The notes below the pieces were generated by a model that searched no databases, had not been told where the DNA came from, and worked only from the letters and a program-made list of their open reading frames with translations. Shown here piece by piece: positions 14,232 to 28,806 of a DNA stretch of 64,000 bases. Position 1 is the first letter of the stretch. Each line of letters begins with the position of its first letter. The position numbers and the translations under genes were made by a program. This DNA is from Macrostomum lignano (lineage: Eukaryota). The stretch lies in NCBI GenBank assembly GCA_002269645.1, contig NIVC01000094.1, positions 744,001-808,000 on the forward strand, in the 5' to 3' direction.

Positions 14232-14467
14232 AACTCGTCCGACTCAAATCCGGCGGAGGCGGCGGCGGCGGTGGTGGCGTCTCCAGGCCGATGTCGCCGG
14301 GCGGCCAGGGCTGCAGCCTGCCTCTGGTCGATAACTGCGGCGGAGGCTGCGGCGGCGGAGGCGGCCACGGCAGCCACGGTGGTGGCGGCGGCGGCGGCGG
14401 GCACGGCAGCATCAGAGACTATGATCATCGGTTCGGCCAGAGGAAGCTGGACTCCTTCATGCAGCCG
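14232..14467 (+). CDS. Protocadherin, cytoplasmic exon 2 (Gly-rich)
   Basis: Acceptor CTTCTCACAG| at 14231 with a CTAAC branch-like motif about 50 nt upstream; donor CCG|GTGAGG at 14467/14468. Phase 1 to 0 matches exon 1 and exon 3. Encodes ELVRLKSGGG...RKLDSFMQP. Confidence 0.7.
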
Positions 14468-14503
14468 GTGAGGATTTGGGTTGCTCGATAGTGGCTGCTG
14501 CTG

Positions 14504-14800
14504 TAGATGCTGATGCTGTAGATCTGGGGTTGGATGCTGTAGATCTGGGGTTGGATGCTGTAGATCTGGGGTTTGATGCTGTAGATCTGGGGTTGGATGC
14601 TGTAGATCTGGGCTTTGATGCTGTAGATCTGGGGTTGGATGCTGTAGATCTGGGGTTGGATGCTGTAGATCTGGGGTTGGATGCTGTAGATCTGAGGTTG
14701 GATGCTGTAGATCTGGGGTTGGATGCTGTAGATCTGGGGTTGGATGCTGTAGATCTGGGGTTGGATGCTGTAAATCTGGGGTTGGATGCTGTAGATCTGG
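14504..14800. repeat. 21-bp minisatellite (GATGCTGTAGATCTGGGGTTG)
   Basis: Tandem array starting shortly after the exon 2 donor. Confidence 0.95.
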
Positions 14801-15720
14801 GGGATATGGCAGCGGAGGTGCTGTAGATCAGGGGGATATACAAGCGGAGGTGCTGTAGATCTGGGGGATATGGCAGCGGAGGTGCTGTAGATCTGGGGGA
14901 TATAGAAGCGGAGGTGCTGTAGATCTGGGGGATATGGCAGCGGAGGTGCTGTAGATCTGGGGGATATGGCAGCGGAGGTGCTGTAGATCTGGGGGATATG
15001 GCAGCGGAGGTGCTGTAGATCTGGGGGATATGGCAGCGGAGGTGCTGTAGGTCTGGGGGATATGGCAGCGGAGGTGCTATAGATCTGGGGGATATGGCAG
15101 TGGAGGTGCTGTAGATCTGGGGGATATGGCAGCGGAGGTGCTGTAGATCTGGGGGATATGGCAGCGGAGGTGCTTTAGATCTGGGGGATTTGGCAGCGGT
15201 GCTGTAGATCTGGGGGATATAGAAGCGGAGGTGCTGTAGATCTGGGGGATATGGCAGCGGAGGTGCTGTAGATCTGGGGGATATAGAAGCGGAGGTGCTG
15301 TAGATCTGGGGGATATAGAAGCGGAGGTGCTGTAGATCTGGGGGATATGGCAGCGGAGGTGCTGTAGATCTGGGGGATATGGCAGCGGAGGTGCTGTAGA
15401 TCTGGGGGATATGGCAGCGGAGGTGCTGTAGGTCTGGGGGATATGGCAGCGGAGGTGCTATAGATCTGGGGGATATGGCAGTGGAGGTGCTGTAGATCTG
15501 GGGGATATGGCAGCGGAGGTGCTGTAGATCTGGGGGATATGGCAGCGGAGGTGCTTTAGATCTGGGGGATTTGGCAGCGGAGGTGCTGTAGATCTGGGGG
15601 ATTTGGCAGCGGAGGTGCTGTAGATCTGGGGGATATGGCAGCGGAGGTGCTGTAGATCTGGGGGATATGGAAGCGGAGGTGCTGTAGATCTGGGGGATAT
15701 GGCAGCGGAGGTGCTGTAGA
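14801..15720. repeat. 32-bp minisatellite (GATCTGGGGGATATGGCAGCGGAGGTGCTGTA)
   Basis: Period of 32 bp. Shares the GCTGTAGATCTGGGG core with the adjacent 21-bp array. Confidence 0.95.
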
Positions 15721-17759
15721 CCCATGGCTACGGGGCTGGGAGAAGTGTAATCATATAGTCATAATCGTACACAAAAGCCCCAAAACCCAACCGAAGCAGT
15801 CAGTTTTGACAGGTCAAGTTTGTCCAACTTATTAAGTGATTAGCCAGCCTACCCTACTGACCAGCGGGCCCTGCACGAGGCAGTTCTGATCCCATGGCCG
15901 ATCCCTCCTGCCAGAGCGGGCATGAAAAGCTTTAAATAGCAGCCTCACTGCTCTGGACAGCATTGCTCCGCTATGGCCAGCAGTATCCGCCATTGTCAGC
16001 TTACTGAATCTCTCTGGATGTGTTTGCGCAACATTCACCCACTTGGGGGGGAGCGAACTGCAAATTTTGCCTTTTACTACAAACAGCAGCTAGGGAGAGA
16101 GGTATAGAGAGAGATAGAGGAGGGGCGAGATTGTTATCAGATCCGGAATCTGACTGACTCAGCTTTCGTTGGGCAGAAGCAGGCCTCAGAAAGAGGGAGG
16201 CCAGAAGTTTTGAACCCGAAATGAAAACTTGGCTTCTGTTGAGAGCTTCGAGGCGTTCTGGATGGCCTCCTTTGTTCCTCTGACCATCAAACTCTTCCCA
16301 TTCAATTCGGTTCAGAATAATTTTTTCCAATTTTCCAAAGCTTTTCCAAAATGACGCAATAAACTGACGGGTTCTCGAGAGGATAATAAAAATATGAGAC
16401 ACTTTCTAATCAACCGATCCCATGCTGGGATATTATCCTATAATCGGAGAAATCCCAATAGAATTCGCGCCCGGCTGGGTGGGTCAAAGACGGGGGTCGA
16501 CGCGAATTGCTCGCAATGGATGGGAAAATTCTCCCCAAACTTTGAAATGCGAATTGCAGGCTTTGGGAGGCCGCAGCGGGTGGTCCCGAGCAATTTGTGG
16601 GAATGTTTTTCAAAGAAAGGCGGGCAACCCACTCAGCACCTGGGGGGGGGGCGGGCGATTGGGAAGCCGACCCCCAATCTGACTAATGGGATTCGGAGCC
16701 TGAGCACAAGGCCATAGACAGACTCAAAGCCTTGAGGATGCCAATTTGGGATCCTGGCTGAGTGCCCTCCTCCCGGGTGGCCGAGATCGAGATCGCTTTG
16801 AACAACTTCTTTCACAGCCGTCCGGCCATCGCCCACCCGCCTGAGACCACCGGTTCCTCCCTGACCCCCCGCTGGGTTCGAGAGACTGATTTTCTTAACG
16901 AAACAAACGAGATAGGGGGGGGGCAGACAGAGGTGGGAGCCCAATTTTCAAATTGCTAATTACCTGGGCTACCCGACTGTAGGCAATTGGAGGAAAATAT
17001 CCCCTAAAAATGGGGAATATTTAAGCCCAAACATTTCAGGGTTTGAATTGGAGCTCATTGAAGCGAGCTGAGGATCTGTTCAACTCAAAAAAACTCATTT
17101 CTATCCTATCTTTTATGGCCTGTAATCAACATCCCACAGACGCATGCAAATATCCCAATTTGGGAACATCCCAGAATATGAAGGGAACTCGGGGATGATA
17201 AAAATCAGTTGAAATCCAACAGACTGAAAGTCGGCGGGGATCCGAGATGGGCGTGGCCGGCGGCCTTCACGCCTTTATCTCCGCTGCTGCACGCGCTGGC
17301 GGGAATGGGAGAATTGAGGCTGAGGGTCTCCTGTGAATTCTTTTTGGTTGATTTTTAGTTCCTCAAAAGCATGGAAGCGAGTTATCCGTTTGCTGCCTGA
17401 GCTGGGCAGGCCGGCAACTAGCTTCATCAGAAAGCGATGCGGTTCCGCCACTTTCCTGTATTCTTTCCGCTGTTGTGTCTCCACCTACTGCCTGTGTGTC
17501 TCTATCCAGGAAACACGGGAGCCTTGAAAGAGACACTTCGCAAAAGATGAGGCCCAGGCGGACCAGCCCTGGCCAGTTCGTTTTCTAGGAACTGCTTTGC
17601 AAGATAACTCGTAGGCGGAGAAGCCTTACGAGTACTTTCTGAACAAAATTTTCAATAATTTCGGAATAGCAACTGGAATAGCAATTTCGACAATCTGGGT
17701 CTTGATGAGGTCAGTTTTTACAAAATTTGGTGAAAAATAAAAACTTCTGCATCATTGCA

Positions 17760-17990
17760 TCACTCCCTTCCCTCCCCTTCCCTCCCCCTTCCCTCTCCCT
17801 ACCCTTTCCCTCCCTCTCCCTTCAATCTCCCCTCCCTCTCCCTTCAATCTCCCCTCCCTCTCCCTTCAATCTTCCCTCCCTCTCCCTTCAATCTTCCCTC
17901 CCTCTACCTTCAATCTTCCATCCCTTTCCCTTCTTATTGCCTTCCTCTCCCTTATCTCTCCCCTACCCCCATCTCCTCCACTCTCCCAAT
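17760..17990. repeat. C/T-rich low-complexity repeat
   Basis: CTCCCTTCAATCTCCCCTCCCT-like units. Confidence 0.8.
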
Positions 17991-20334
17991 CAACACATGT
18001 CTACTCCACAGCCGACACTCTATGGCCAATCCTCCTTTCAATTCGCCATCAGTCACCGTATCCCAGTCTCCGACTTCCTCCTTGCCTACGAGCCTAGCAC
18101 CATCAGTCTGCATCAGTGTATCAGGAGACCCCAGAGATGATGGGTTGGAATAGCGCGCTCATTACGAGTGTTGATAGCAAGGCACAGCGGCTCCCCCCAC
18201 CCCAGCCAGCCTCCCGGCATGATGAAGCCAGTGATTGCAAGAATCCTCTTCGCCTACAGGAGTCCCCAGGCCGTCTACCCCCCCCTCTCCCTCTCTCTCC
18301 CTTTCTATATTATATTTGCTGAATAATTCATGAAGCCTTTGCTCCGGCAGTAATTAATTGCTCACCTGGCCGCCGCTCAATCAAGCACCTTCTTCATCCA
18401 GTAGCCCCCCCCCGCAGCGTATATTTCCAGTTGACTCTGCCGCCGCCGCAGCCAACACTGCAACCATTTCCCTTCATCTCTTTTCTTCTTTTTCTGAAGA
18501 GATTCTGTTATTTGCTGATGCTGATTTTGTAGCCCAGAGTGAGAACTACGGGAAAAGTACTCCAGGTGCGCGCGTGTGTTGATTAACATACCTTAACTTT
18601 TCCAGTTGACGGGTGGTTGTTTACTCAATTCCCTGTTGCTTCTGGTAGTGTACCTTGCTTTCCTGTGTCTTAACTAACTGTTAAAGTGTTTAGTTAATCG
18701 AAACTCGACGTTTAAACAGACCTGAATGTGTTTGGACAGAGGGTGTTTCAACTGGCCAATAGGGTGTTTAGACAGGCTCAAAGGGTGTTTTAAAAACTGG
18801 CCCATGGGGTGTTTAAACAGGCCCGTAGGGTGTTTAACTGGTCTAGAATGTGCTTACCCCCCATACTACTGCAGTTATTGATTGGATTTAAAAAACCGAC
18901 AATTTCCAACTAAAAAAAACTACCTTACTTTGCTCACCTTTCCAAAAATTCAGCAGCTCAAGTTTCGATGCAATTTTTTTCTCTCAATTGTTGCTCAACC
19001 AGAAACATTTGCTTCCCTTGCGCTACCTGTTGCGAGCGAAATAAGCCCGATGAGTCAGAATGTAAAAATTTCTGTCATTTGAACTGGCGAACAAAATGGA
19101 GTTTGAAAGGAAGCGCTCAAGGTGCTCCATCCGCAATAGGTGGAAGTCAGAAGTGACTGTTCACAGCCGGTTGAAGGGGCTTAACGGGCCGCACTGGGGG
19201 ATGTTTTGAATCGATCAGAACCTGGGAAGACCCCAGTTGGTTGGGCTCTACTCAGAGCGCCTGCAGACAGCACTGAGAGAACTCACAGCTCAAACGAGTG
19301 GAACTGGGGAAAAAAACAAAAGGAATTGTCAGCACTGTCTTCCCCTCCCCCCCCCCCTAACTCCGACATGGCGACTCACACAGCTCAGCTTCAGCTTCAC
19401 CCCCTTGTCTGCGCATTTTACTGCCAACACCCGCTGGGTCCCGCCGCCTGCCATGCGGAGCCAAGGAGGCCTAGAAGCGGGATCTGGAAGGAAAGTTTAA
19501 AACTCCCACTGCCACTACATCAAAGCCTTATTGTTATCTGGAACTATTGGCGCTAAAATACGTCAGTGGAGTCAAGTCCCCATCGTCTGTGTTTTGTAGA
19601 GTTATGAATAACTCTTCTGGGCCCTGGAGAGGAGTTGCCACTCCAATACTCTGGTTCAAGACCTCCTTGGCCTTGGGGTGTGGGAGCTGGGGGGGAATTA
19701 TGATGAGTAAGAATGGGATTTTTGGGAAACAAAGACACGGCGCAGCGCGAATTATTTGGCCCGTGGGGAGGAGAAAAGAAGACGCCGGGGCTGTGAGGGG
19801 GGATATTTCTGTGGGAGAGCCGCAGAGTGAGACAGAGAAATGCATCATTAATTTCACATGCGCTGCGTCCGCAGAGCGGAGAAATGCGTATAACTGATGG
19901 AATTGATTATGGGAACAAGGCGGGGTGTCGGTTGACTCGCTTCCTATCTGGCGGCGGTCAGCTGAGGGATGGGCAATTTTTTTTAAACCCCCAAAAGCCT
20001 CCCATTGTTTGACGATTGCGCTCAGGGGGTGGAGCCCAGCTCAGGCCTCCTCATATTCAACTCACGGTGACCTAATGATGAAGCTTCCCAGCTTCCCGCA
20101 TTCATAGCCAGCTTGCCACTCAATTGGGGTGAGCAGTTGGCCAAACATGAGCTGATTAAAATGCCGCGTCCCTGAGAATGAAATTGGCTAATTTCTGAGT
20201 TTGTGTAACAGTCTCTTGATTAGGTGGCCATTGTTTGACAGGTGGAGACAAGCGGCCGTTGGAGTTCATTGAAAGGCGCTGGTCAGGGGCCGGCGGAAAC
20301 AGCTGATGGGAGAGGCATGACTGACAGCTGGGCT

Positions 20335-22461
<2,127 letters not shown>

Positions 22462-22841
22462 CATCTATCTATCGATCTACGAGTATCTATCTATCTATTC
22501 AGCGAATCAATGGGATTCATGCCCTGCCTCGGATCCCGAGTGCCGCAAACGGCTAATTCCACTTGTATGAAAAACTAACGCCCACGTGATGAGGTCAGAA
22601 TGCAAATAATTGCCTGGCCAAGTGAGAGCGGCTGTAACGCAAGTATCAATAACACTATTAAGAGTGCAGTCATGATTGGCACAGTTGACCACAACAGCCA
22701 GTGAGAATAGAAAGCGGCAAAACAATGACTCATCGGTCAATTAGCGTCGACGCACAATGAGCTCATTAACCTATTCATTATTATTAGGGAATCGAGCTCG
22801 GGACTTTTAAGTTGACCCTTGACCTTGATTGCATTCTGCAG

Positions 22842-23252
22842 GCCTCAGTCAAGCAGCTGATCGACGATCAATCTGACGGCGTCCCGGAGTCGGACGGCGA
22901 TAGCGGCAAAGGCGGCAGCGTCTCCAATAGCAACGGGCACCGCCAGCACCCGCTGCCAACGGCCTCCATCGGGGCGGCCTCGCTGCTGTCCTCAGCGGAG
23001 CTCAGCCATGCCGCGGCCTCGGCCGCCACCCTGTCTTTCTCGCCGGCGGGCGGTCGGCATCAGCCGGACCTCTGCTCCGTGGCAGCCGGTAACCATGGCA
23101 ACCGGAGCGCCACGCTAAGCAGGCACCAGTTGGGGCATCTGCACCACTCGGGCGTCGCCAGCGCGGCAGCGGGCGGCGGGTTTCAAACGCTGGGCGCGCA
23201 GCGGCCGCGGCCCCACATGATCATGGAGGACACCGGGGGCAGCCTCGTCTGA
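22842..23252 (+). CDS. Protocadherin, terminal cytoplasmic exon
   Basis: Acceptor ATTCTGCAG| at 22841 (phase 0). Encodes ASVKQLIDDQSDGVPESDGDSGKGGS..., with a DSGxG motif like the conserved cytoplasmic motif of delta-type protocadherins. Stop TGA at 23250-23252. The joined CDS is 3177 nt (1058 aa). Confidence 0.75.
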   Translation, partial: ASVKQLIDDQSDGVPESDGDSGKGGSVSNSNGHRQHPLPTASIGAASLLSSAELSHAAASAATLSFSPAGGRHQPDLCSVAAGNHGNRSATLSRHQLGHLHHSGVASAAAGGGFQTLGAQRPRPHMIMEDTGGSLV

Positions 23253-23564
23253 GGCCGCCTCATCTCCGTTGATTACTTAAATAGATCCCCCCCCCAGACA
23301 GCCGAGTGCATGTACACAGTTCCGAGCAGGTGTCGATTGTTAATCCCCAAGGATCGGGAAAGTAAGCCGCTGGTGCGATGCAACACTCGGAAATTGGGCT
23401 AGTCAGTCAGTTAGTCAGCAGGGAGGCTTTTGAGATAGTCGAACCGCAACCAGCGACGCATTGTTAAGGCATGTACTCACCCTGTGCCATGGGGGTAGTC
23501 CTTCATGGGTGTCAATCACACGACAAGCCCCATGACCCGTTCTCGTTCACGAGCCCCAAATTAA

Positions 23565-23622
23565 CGGAATCGAACCCATTTACTTCGGCGAGAAAGTGGG
23601 ACGCGCTACCACTGAGCTGCTC
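23565..23622 (-). mobile_element. tRNA-derived SINE head or tRNA pseudogene
   Basis: The minus strand reads GCAGCTCAGTGGTAG (A box) ... GGGTTCGATTCC (B box); no full cloverleaf. Confidence 0.55.
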
Positions 23623-26600
23623 TGCTCTGCTTCGTCACAAAAATCCCATCGACTTGCCTTTTGATTACACAACGAAGTTAGTATTGAGAGATGAAGTGCT
23701 TCTAGCTCTAGCATTGCGATCGAACTGTGTTGCTAATACAGCGTTGCGTCCTATTAGAGCAGTCCTCCATCATCTCCACTGTACCTCGGCCAATATTTTC
23801 AGTTTCGCACAGATTTTTTGACTTACAGCTGATAAAGTACACTTAGTGTACTGTATTGTACGGTAAAATGCGAGTTCAAAGAAGTACGAATTATAGAGTC
23901 CCGACCGTTGTCCACTGCAGAGACTAGTGGCTATTCCAACCCACCGAACTGTACACACTGCACAGAATTATCCCCAGCCTGCGTTTCCACCGTTCTTCAA
24001 TCAAACGCCTGTTCTGCTTTGCTTATTTCATTTGTTGCTGTTTTTCGTTATCTGATCTATTCTCCATTATCGATCGATCTATCCATGTTTTTATTTGAAC
24101 TGTCAGTCTATTTTTCACAGCTTTCTGTTTCCATCATAACTGAGCTGTTGCATAATAACCATGCTGATGAGTTGGACTGCAGACCTGTACATGTATAGCA
24201 AAGTTAAATAGAGGTACCTCAACAAAAAGTTCTGTAACTGAAATCAGCTCTGTCTGCGCTGTCAATAAAATTATAGTTCGATTTATAAATAAACATTTCT
24301 TATGTGAATAATATGAGTTTGAATTGACCGATTCTTATTTTTGTCTTTTGGTACCAAAAGACGAATGTTGAAGCCTAAGGCGGAATCGCAAGGCGGAACT
24401 CAATGGTGAATGCAATGGCTAGTCCCAGAATAAAGCTCAATTCCTGGATGAACAATTTGCCCATAAGAGCTGAAGAATTATCAAATTCTGTAAACCGATA
24501 AAAATTACAGATCTCGGCTTTCTGTTACTTCCTATTACGTCATTGCTTTGTCTCTTTCTCCTAGTTGTCTCTCAGTGTAACTCTACACAGCTCGAAAAGA
24601 CTGTTGATTTAGTCACCAAGCAAAGCTCCCATTCAAGACTCGGTCTCTTTTTTGCTTAGTAAACACGGCTTCAAATTCAATTGTCGTTTGTTCGAGTCGA
24701 TGTCGCCAGCGAGCGAGCACGCCTCTCTTGCTTGACGCTGAGTTGAAGTGTGTGCACCGCAGCTTGAACTCTGTCGCATGCAGCTTTCGCTTTCATGTCG
24801 TATATTTGGCGTTCAGTCAGACAAAAGATAATATATATAAATACAGTCAATCAAGCTTTGTCTCAATGCTGAGAGGTTGAAGAGTTGCACAACTTGCAGG
24901 TCGCAGCCACTATTTGCCCGCCCGTGCTCTGCCAAATGCTCAACTTTCGAGACAACACAATACAAGCTGCAGCTGATGTGGCTTGGGCAAAACACAGCTG
25001 TTTTGGCTAACACGCCAATACGGGGTCGTTTCACAACATCGAGATATTACGACGTCGAAAGTTGTGAGTAAAAGAAAGTTTCGATGCTTTGTTGTGTCAG
25101 CCTAAATTTGTTTAAGAAACACGTGTTTGCTAATTTATTCGAAATTCAGAAGTCCAGAAAGCGAGATAATGGGAATTTAGTTCTACAAAACTAAAATTTC
25201 TTCTCTGCAGTCTGCAGTGAAAGGCGGCCTGCAGAGAAATTTGCACGATTAGCGAGTGTAGCGCTCTTTTATTGCCTTCTTGACATTTCAAGGTCGTCTG
25301 AGTGGCCTTGAAGGCAAGGGCGCGGCGGGGTGCCGGAGGCGTGTGCAACGTCTCACTCCAACCCCTAGGCTTCCCTTCGCGCGCTGATTGGTTGGTTCAA
25401 GGTCGTTTGTCTTTGTAATTTTAACGTTCCCCTTATCTATCACGCGACTCGTTTATGCCACTTGACTTTGAGAAAAAGCCTTTGTTATGCTTTAGTTTAG
25501 TAGGCTGATAGATAGCGGACAAGACAGTCAGAAGACCAACAATAGCTATTGGCATTGGCGTGTACTTTAAAAGTAACACGACTTTGACTGACTTGCGCTT
25601 CGGGTTTGAAATGGGCGAGAGTAAAAAAGCGAGGAGCCTATAGGTGATTGGCACTACTAAACAAACCAGCTAGCATGCGAATAGAACATTACAATTTACC
25701 ACCACATCAGATGACAGCTTGCCTGTTAAGGCAATTAATGCTTGTTTCCGTTGTTTCCGTTTTTCGCACAAACTTTAAAAGTAAACTGAAATACAGACTG
25801 TTTGCATGCAACATGGTACAGTTAGGGATTCCAATCCCGGGTAGGGATTCCAAAATCCCGACATTTTACAATCCCGGGATTGAATAGTCCCGAAATCCCG
25901 ATGCTGTTGAAATCCCGGGATTCAAAATCCCGGAATCCCGGTGCTTTTGCAATCCCGGGATTAAAAATCCCGGGATTCGATTCCCAAAAAAATCCCGGGA
26001 TTCAAATCCCGGATTTTTGGCCCCAATCCCGGGATCCCGGGATCCCGGGATTGGAATCCCTAAATTGCTAGACGGACTGTGCGGCGTGCCGCGTGCAGTA
26101 GTCATGGTCTCGCGACTCTCAGAGTCTCAGGGCCTTTTCATATTACCAATTCCAGAACCAGAATCGGTTCGGAATTCGAAGAAAAACAGCAGTATAACTA
26201 TTAAACTCTGTTAATATTTGACTGCCTTAACAGCCTCACTTAGCACAATTTTTCACTTTCTTCTTGGCGACTGTCATTCAATAATAAAAACTTTATAGCA
26301 CGTATCTCCCTCTAGTTATGGAGACAAAAAGTTTATACTTCACAAATTGGTTCTTGTTCTGGAACCATGAGCAAGCAATATGAAAAGGCCATCAGTCTCG
26401 TCTCGTGGTAGAAAACGAAAAAAAAGTTAAAATTATCTATAATTTACAGTTCACATTAACAATTTTTAGCTCAATTAGGACAGGAGCTTTGCAAATGTTT
26501 AACGTTTCATTGAGAAACAGCAAAAACAAATAAATGTTTTATTATTCAAATAAACGTTTAGACTTTAAATTATCTAATTTAGGCATTGAAAGGTCGTTCT

Positions 26601-27433
26601 AATCCCGGACCAATCCCGGATTAAGGCCTTGAAATCCCGGGATCCCGATCCCGGTCTTTTGCAATCCCGGGATTAAAAATCCCGGGATTCGATTCCCAAA
26701 AAAATCCCGGGATTCAAATCCCGGATTTTTGGCCCCAATCCCGGGATCCCGGGATCCCGGGATTGGGGCCAAAAATCCGGGATTTGAATCCCGGGATTTT
26801 TTTGGGAATCGAATCCCGGGATTTTTAATCCCGGGATTGCAAAAGACCGGGATCGGGATCCCGGGATTTCAAGGCCTTAATCCCGGGATTGGTCCGGGAT
26901 TAGAACGACCTTTCAATGCCTAAATTAGATAATTTAAAGTCTAAACGTTTATTTGAATAATAAAACATTTATTTGTTTTTGCTGTTTCTCAATGAAACGT
27001 TAAACATTTGCAAAGCTCCTGTCCTAATTGAGCTAAAAATTGTTAATGTGAACTGTAAATTATAGATAATTTTAACTTTTTTTTCGTTTTCTACCACGAG
27101 ACGAGACTGATGGCCTTTTCATATTGCTTGCTCATGGTTCCAGAACAAGAACCAATTTGTGAAGTATAAACTTTTTGTCTCCATAACTAGAGGGAGATAC
27201 GTGCTATAAAGTTTTTATTATTGAATGACAGTCGCCAAGAAGAAAGTGAAAAATTGTGCTAAGTGAGGCTGTTAAGGCAGTCAAATATTAACAGAGTTTA
27301 ATAGTTATACTGCTGTTTTTCTTCGAATTCCGAACCGATTCTGGTTCTGGAATTGGTAATATGAAAAGGCCCTGAGACTCTGAGAGTCGCGAGACCATGA
27401 CTACTGCACGCGGCACGCCGCACAGTCCGTCTA

Positions 27434-28806
27434 CTCTACTACTACTACTGACGGGGGGCGCAGGCGCCGCGAATAGGCCGCGAGGCCCCTATCGCAACCC
27501 CAAGGTAAAAGAGCACAAGGATTAACCCTGGGGGTGCGCCCAGTCCCCGCCAGTAGTCGGCAGGTTCGCAGTGGAGGCATCGGCGACCCTCATCCGGCCG
27601 GAGTCCCGGACGAAGGCGCGCAGGTCACGGATATTGTCCGGGGTGGTCAGCTCGTCCATCCGCTGGGGGTGGCCGAGGTATTTGTGCCGCGCCTTGTTGA
27701 AGTAAGGGCAGAAGGTGACGTGATGCTCCGCGGTCTCCTCTCCTATGCCACAGAAAGGACAGGTGGGAGGGCAACCGGTTTGCAACGATATATGTCTCTG
27801 GAAGAATCCATGGCCGGTTAGGACCATGCACATCTCCCTGAGGTCGGTTCTGTTAAGCGAAATCAGATAATCAGAGACTTTCCTGTTCAGGTTAGGCATG
27901 GCAGAGCGGCTCTGCCTGTACTCGGTGCAGCTGTTCCAGTGGAGCTGGTGCTGCTGATGGAGCCACCTGTTGATATGGCGGGTGACTTGCGACCTGGGGG
28001 TGGGTAGCCTCATCAGACGGTGGTTGCCGTCTGGGTTGCTGCCCTCCTTGGCGAGAGAGTCCGCGAGCTCGTTGCCCAGGATGTTGCTGTGACCAGGTGT
28101 CCAGATAATTCTAATCCTGTTAAGGACTGAGAGAGATTGCACACTGCGGTGGCATTGAGATACTGTAGCAGCGGAGATATTCTCAGTGGTTAAGGCCTTA
28201 ATAGCAGCTTGGCTATCAGTGTAGAAATTAATGTCAAAGTTATTAATGTTCGCCTGAAGCAGTTGCTGGGCACACTGCTCAATGGTGCAAATTTCAGCTT
28301 GGAAAACTGAGGTGTTCTCACCGAGGTGCAGACTTTCCTGGAAAAGCATCTTACCCTCGTGGAAAATGGCAATACCCGCTCCAGCGCGGCCGTTGAACAG
28401 CGAGCCGTCGGTGAAGCAGTGAATGCCCTGGCTGCGCCGGTTTACACCGACATCCAGCGGAAGATTGTCTCGGCCAGGGATGGCGGTCTTGAAGCCCCTC
28501 CTGATGTTGAGGGCGGGAGGTCGACTATCCACATTGCCCAGGTCCATGTGGATGTTGTTAAGGTCGCGGCGGACAAAGTCCATATGCGGGATTAATGTTT
28601 TCATTGGCATAAAGCCAGAGGGTGCGTTATTTAACGTTTTATCTCTGATAAGCCGGGAGGCAGACTTCATAGCCTCCGCCCTAATAAATAGGTGAAGCGG
28701 AGGTAGGTTAAGGATAGTGTTCAGCCCCTCGTAAGGGGTGGACGGGTACGCACCTGTGATGGCACGGCAAATGCTGCCCTGAAGCTGGTACAGCCGCTGA
28801 CGGGCG
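27434..28806 (-). mobile_element. 5'-truncated non-LTR retrotransposon (RNase H-bearing, I/R1/Loa-like group)
   Basis: 14-bp TSD GCACAGTCCGTCTA at 27420-27433 and 28807-28820; (TAG)n-type 3' tail at 27434-27449. The left arm of the palindrome shows the empty target site. Confidence 0.92.
27522..28805 (-). CDS. LINE ORF2 C-terminal fragment: RT thumb, RNase H, CCHC knuckle
   Basis: Open frame from the truncation point (...[26 protein letters not shown]). RNase H motifs [35 protein letters not shown]; LTGHG...CPFC...H...CP. Confidence 0.9.
   Translation of the reverse strand, partial: ARQRLYQLQGSICRAITGAYPSTPYEGLNTILNLPPLHLFIRAEAMKSASRLIRDKTLNNAPSGFMPMKTLIPHMDFVRRDLNNIHMDLGNVDSRPPALNIRRGFKTAIPGRDNLPLDVGVNRRSQGIHCFTDGSLFNGRAGAGIAIFHEGKMLFQESLHLGENTSVFQAEICTIEQCAQQLLQANINNFDINFYTDSQAAIKALTTENISAATVSQCHRSVQSLSVLNRIRIIWTPGHSNILGNELADSLAKEGSNPDGNHRLMRLPTPRSQVTRHINRWLHQQHQLHWNSCTEYRQSRSAMPNLNRKVSDYLISLNRTDLREMCMVLTGHGFFQRHISLQTGCPPTCPFCGIGEETAEHHVTFCPYFNKARHKYLGHPQRMDELTTPDNIRDLRAFVRDSGRMRVADASTANLPTTGGDWAHPQG

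Noticed and set aside
26066-27433. Palindrome as a long-read missed-adapter artefact
   Set aside because: The LINE with TSD in one arm only and the outer 8-bp TSD are not expected from a mirror chimera; read confirmation is still advisable.
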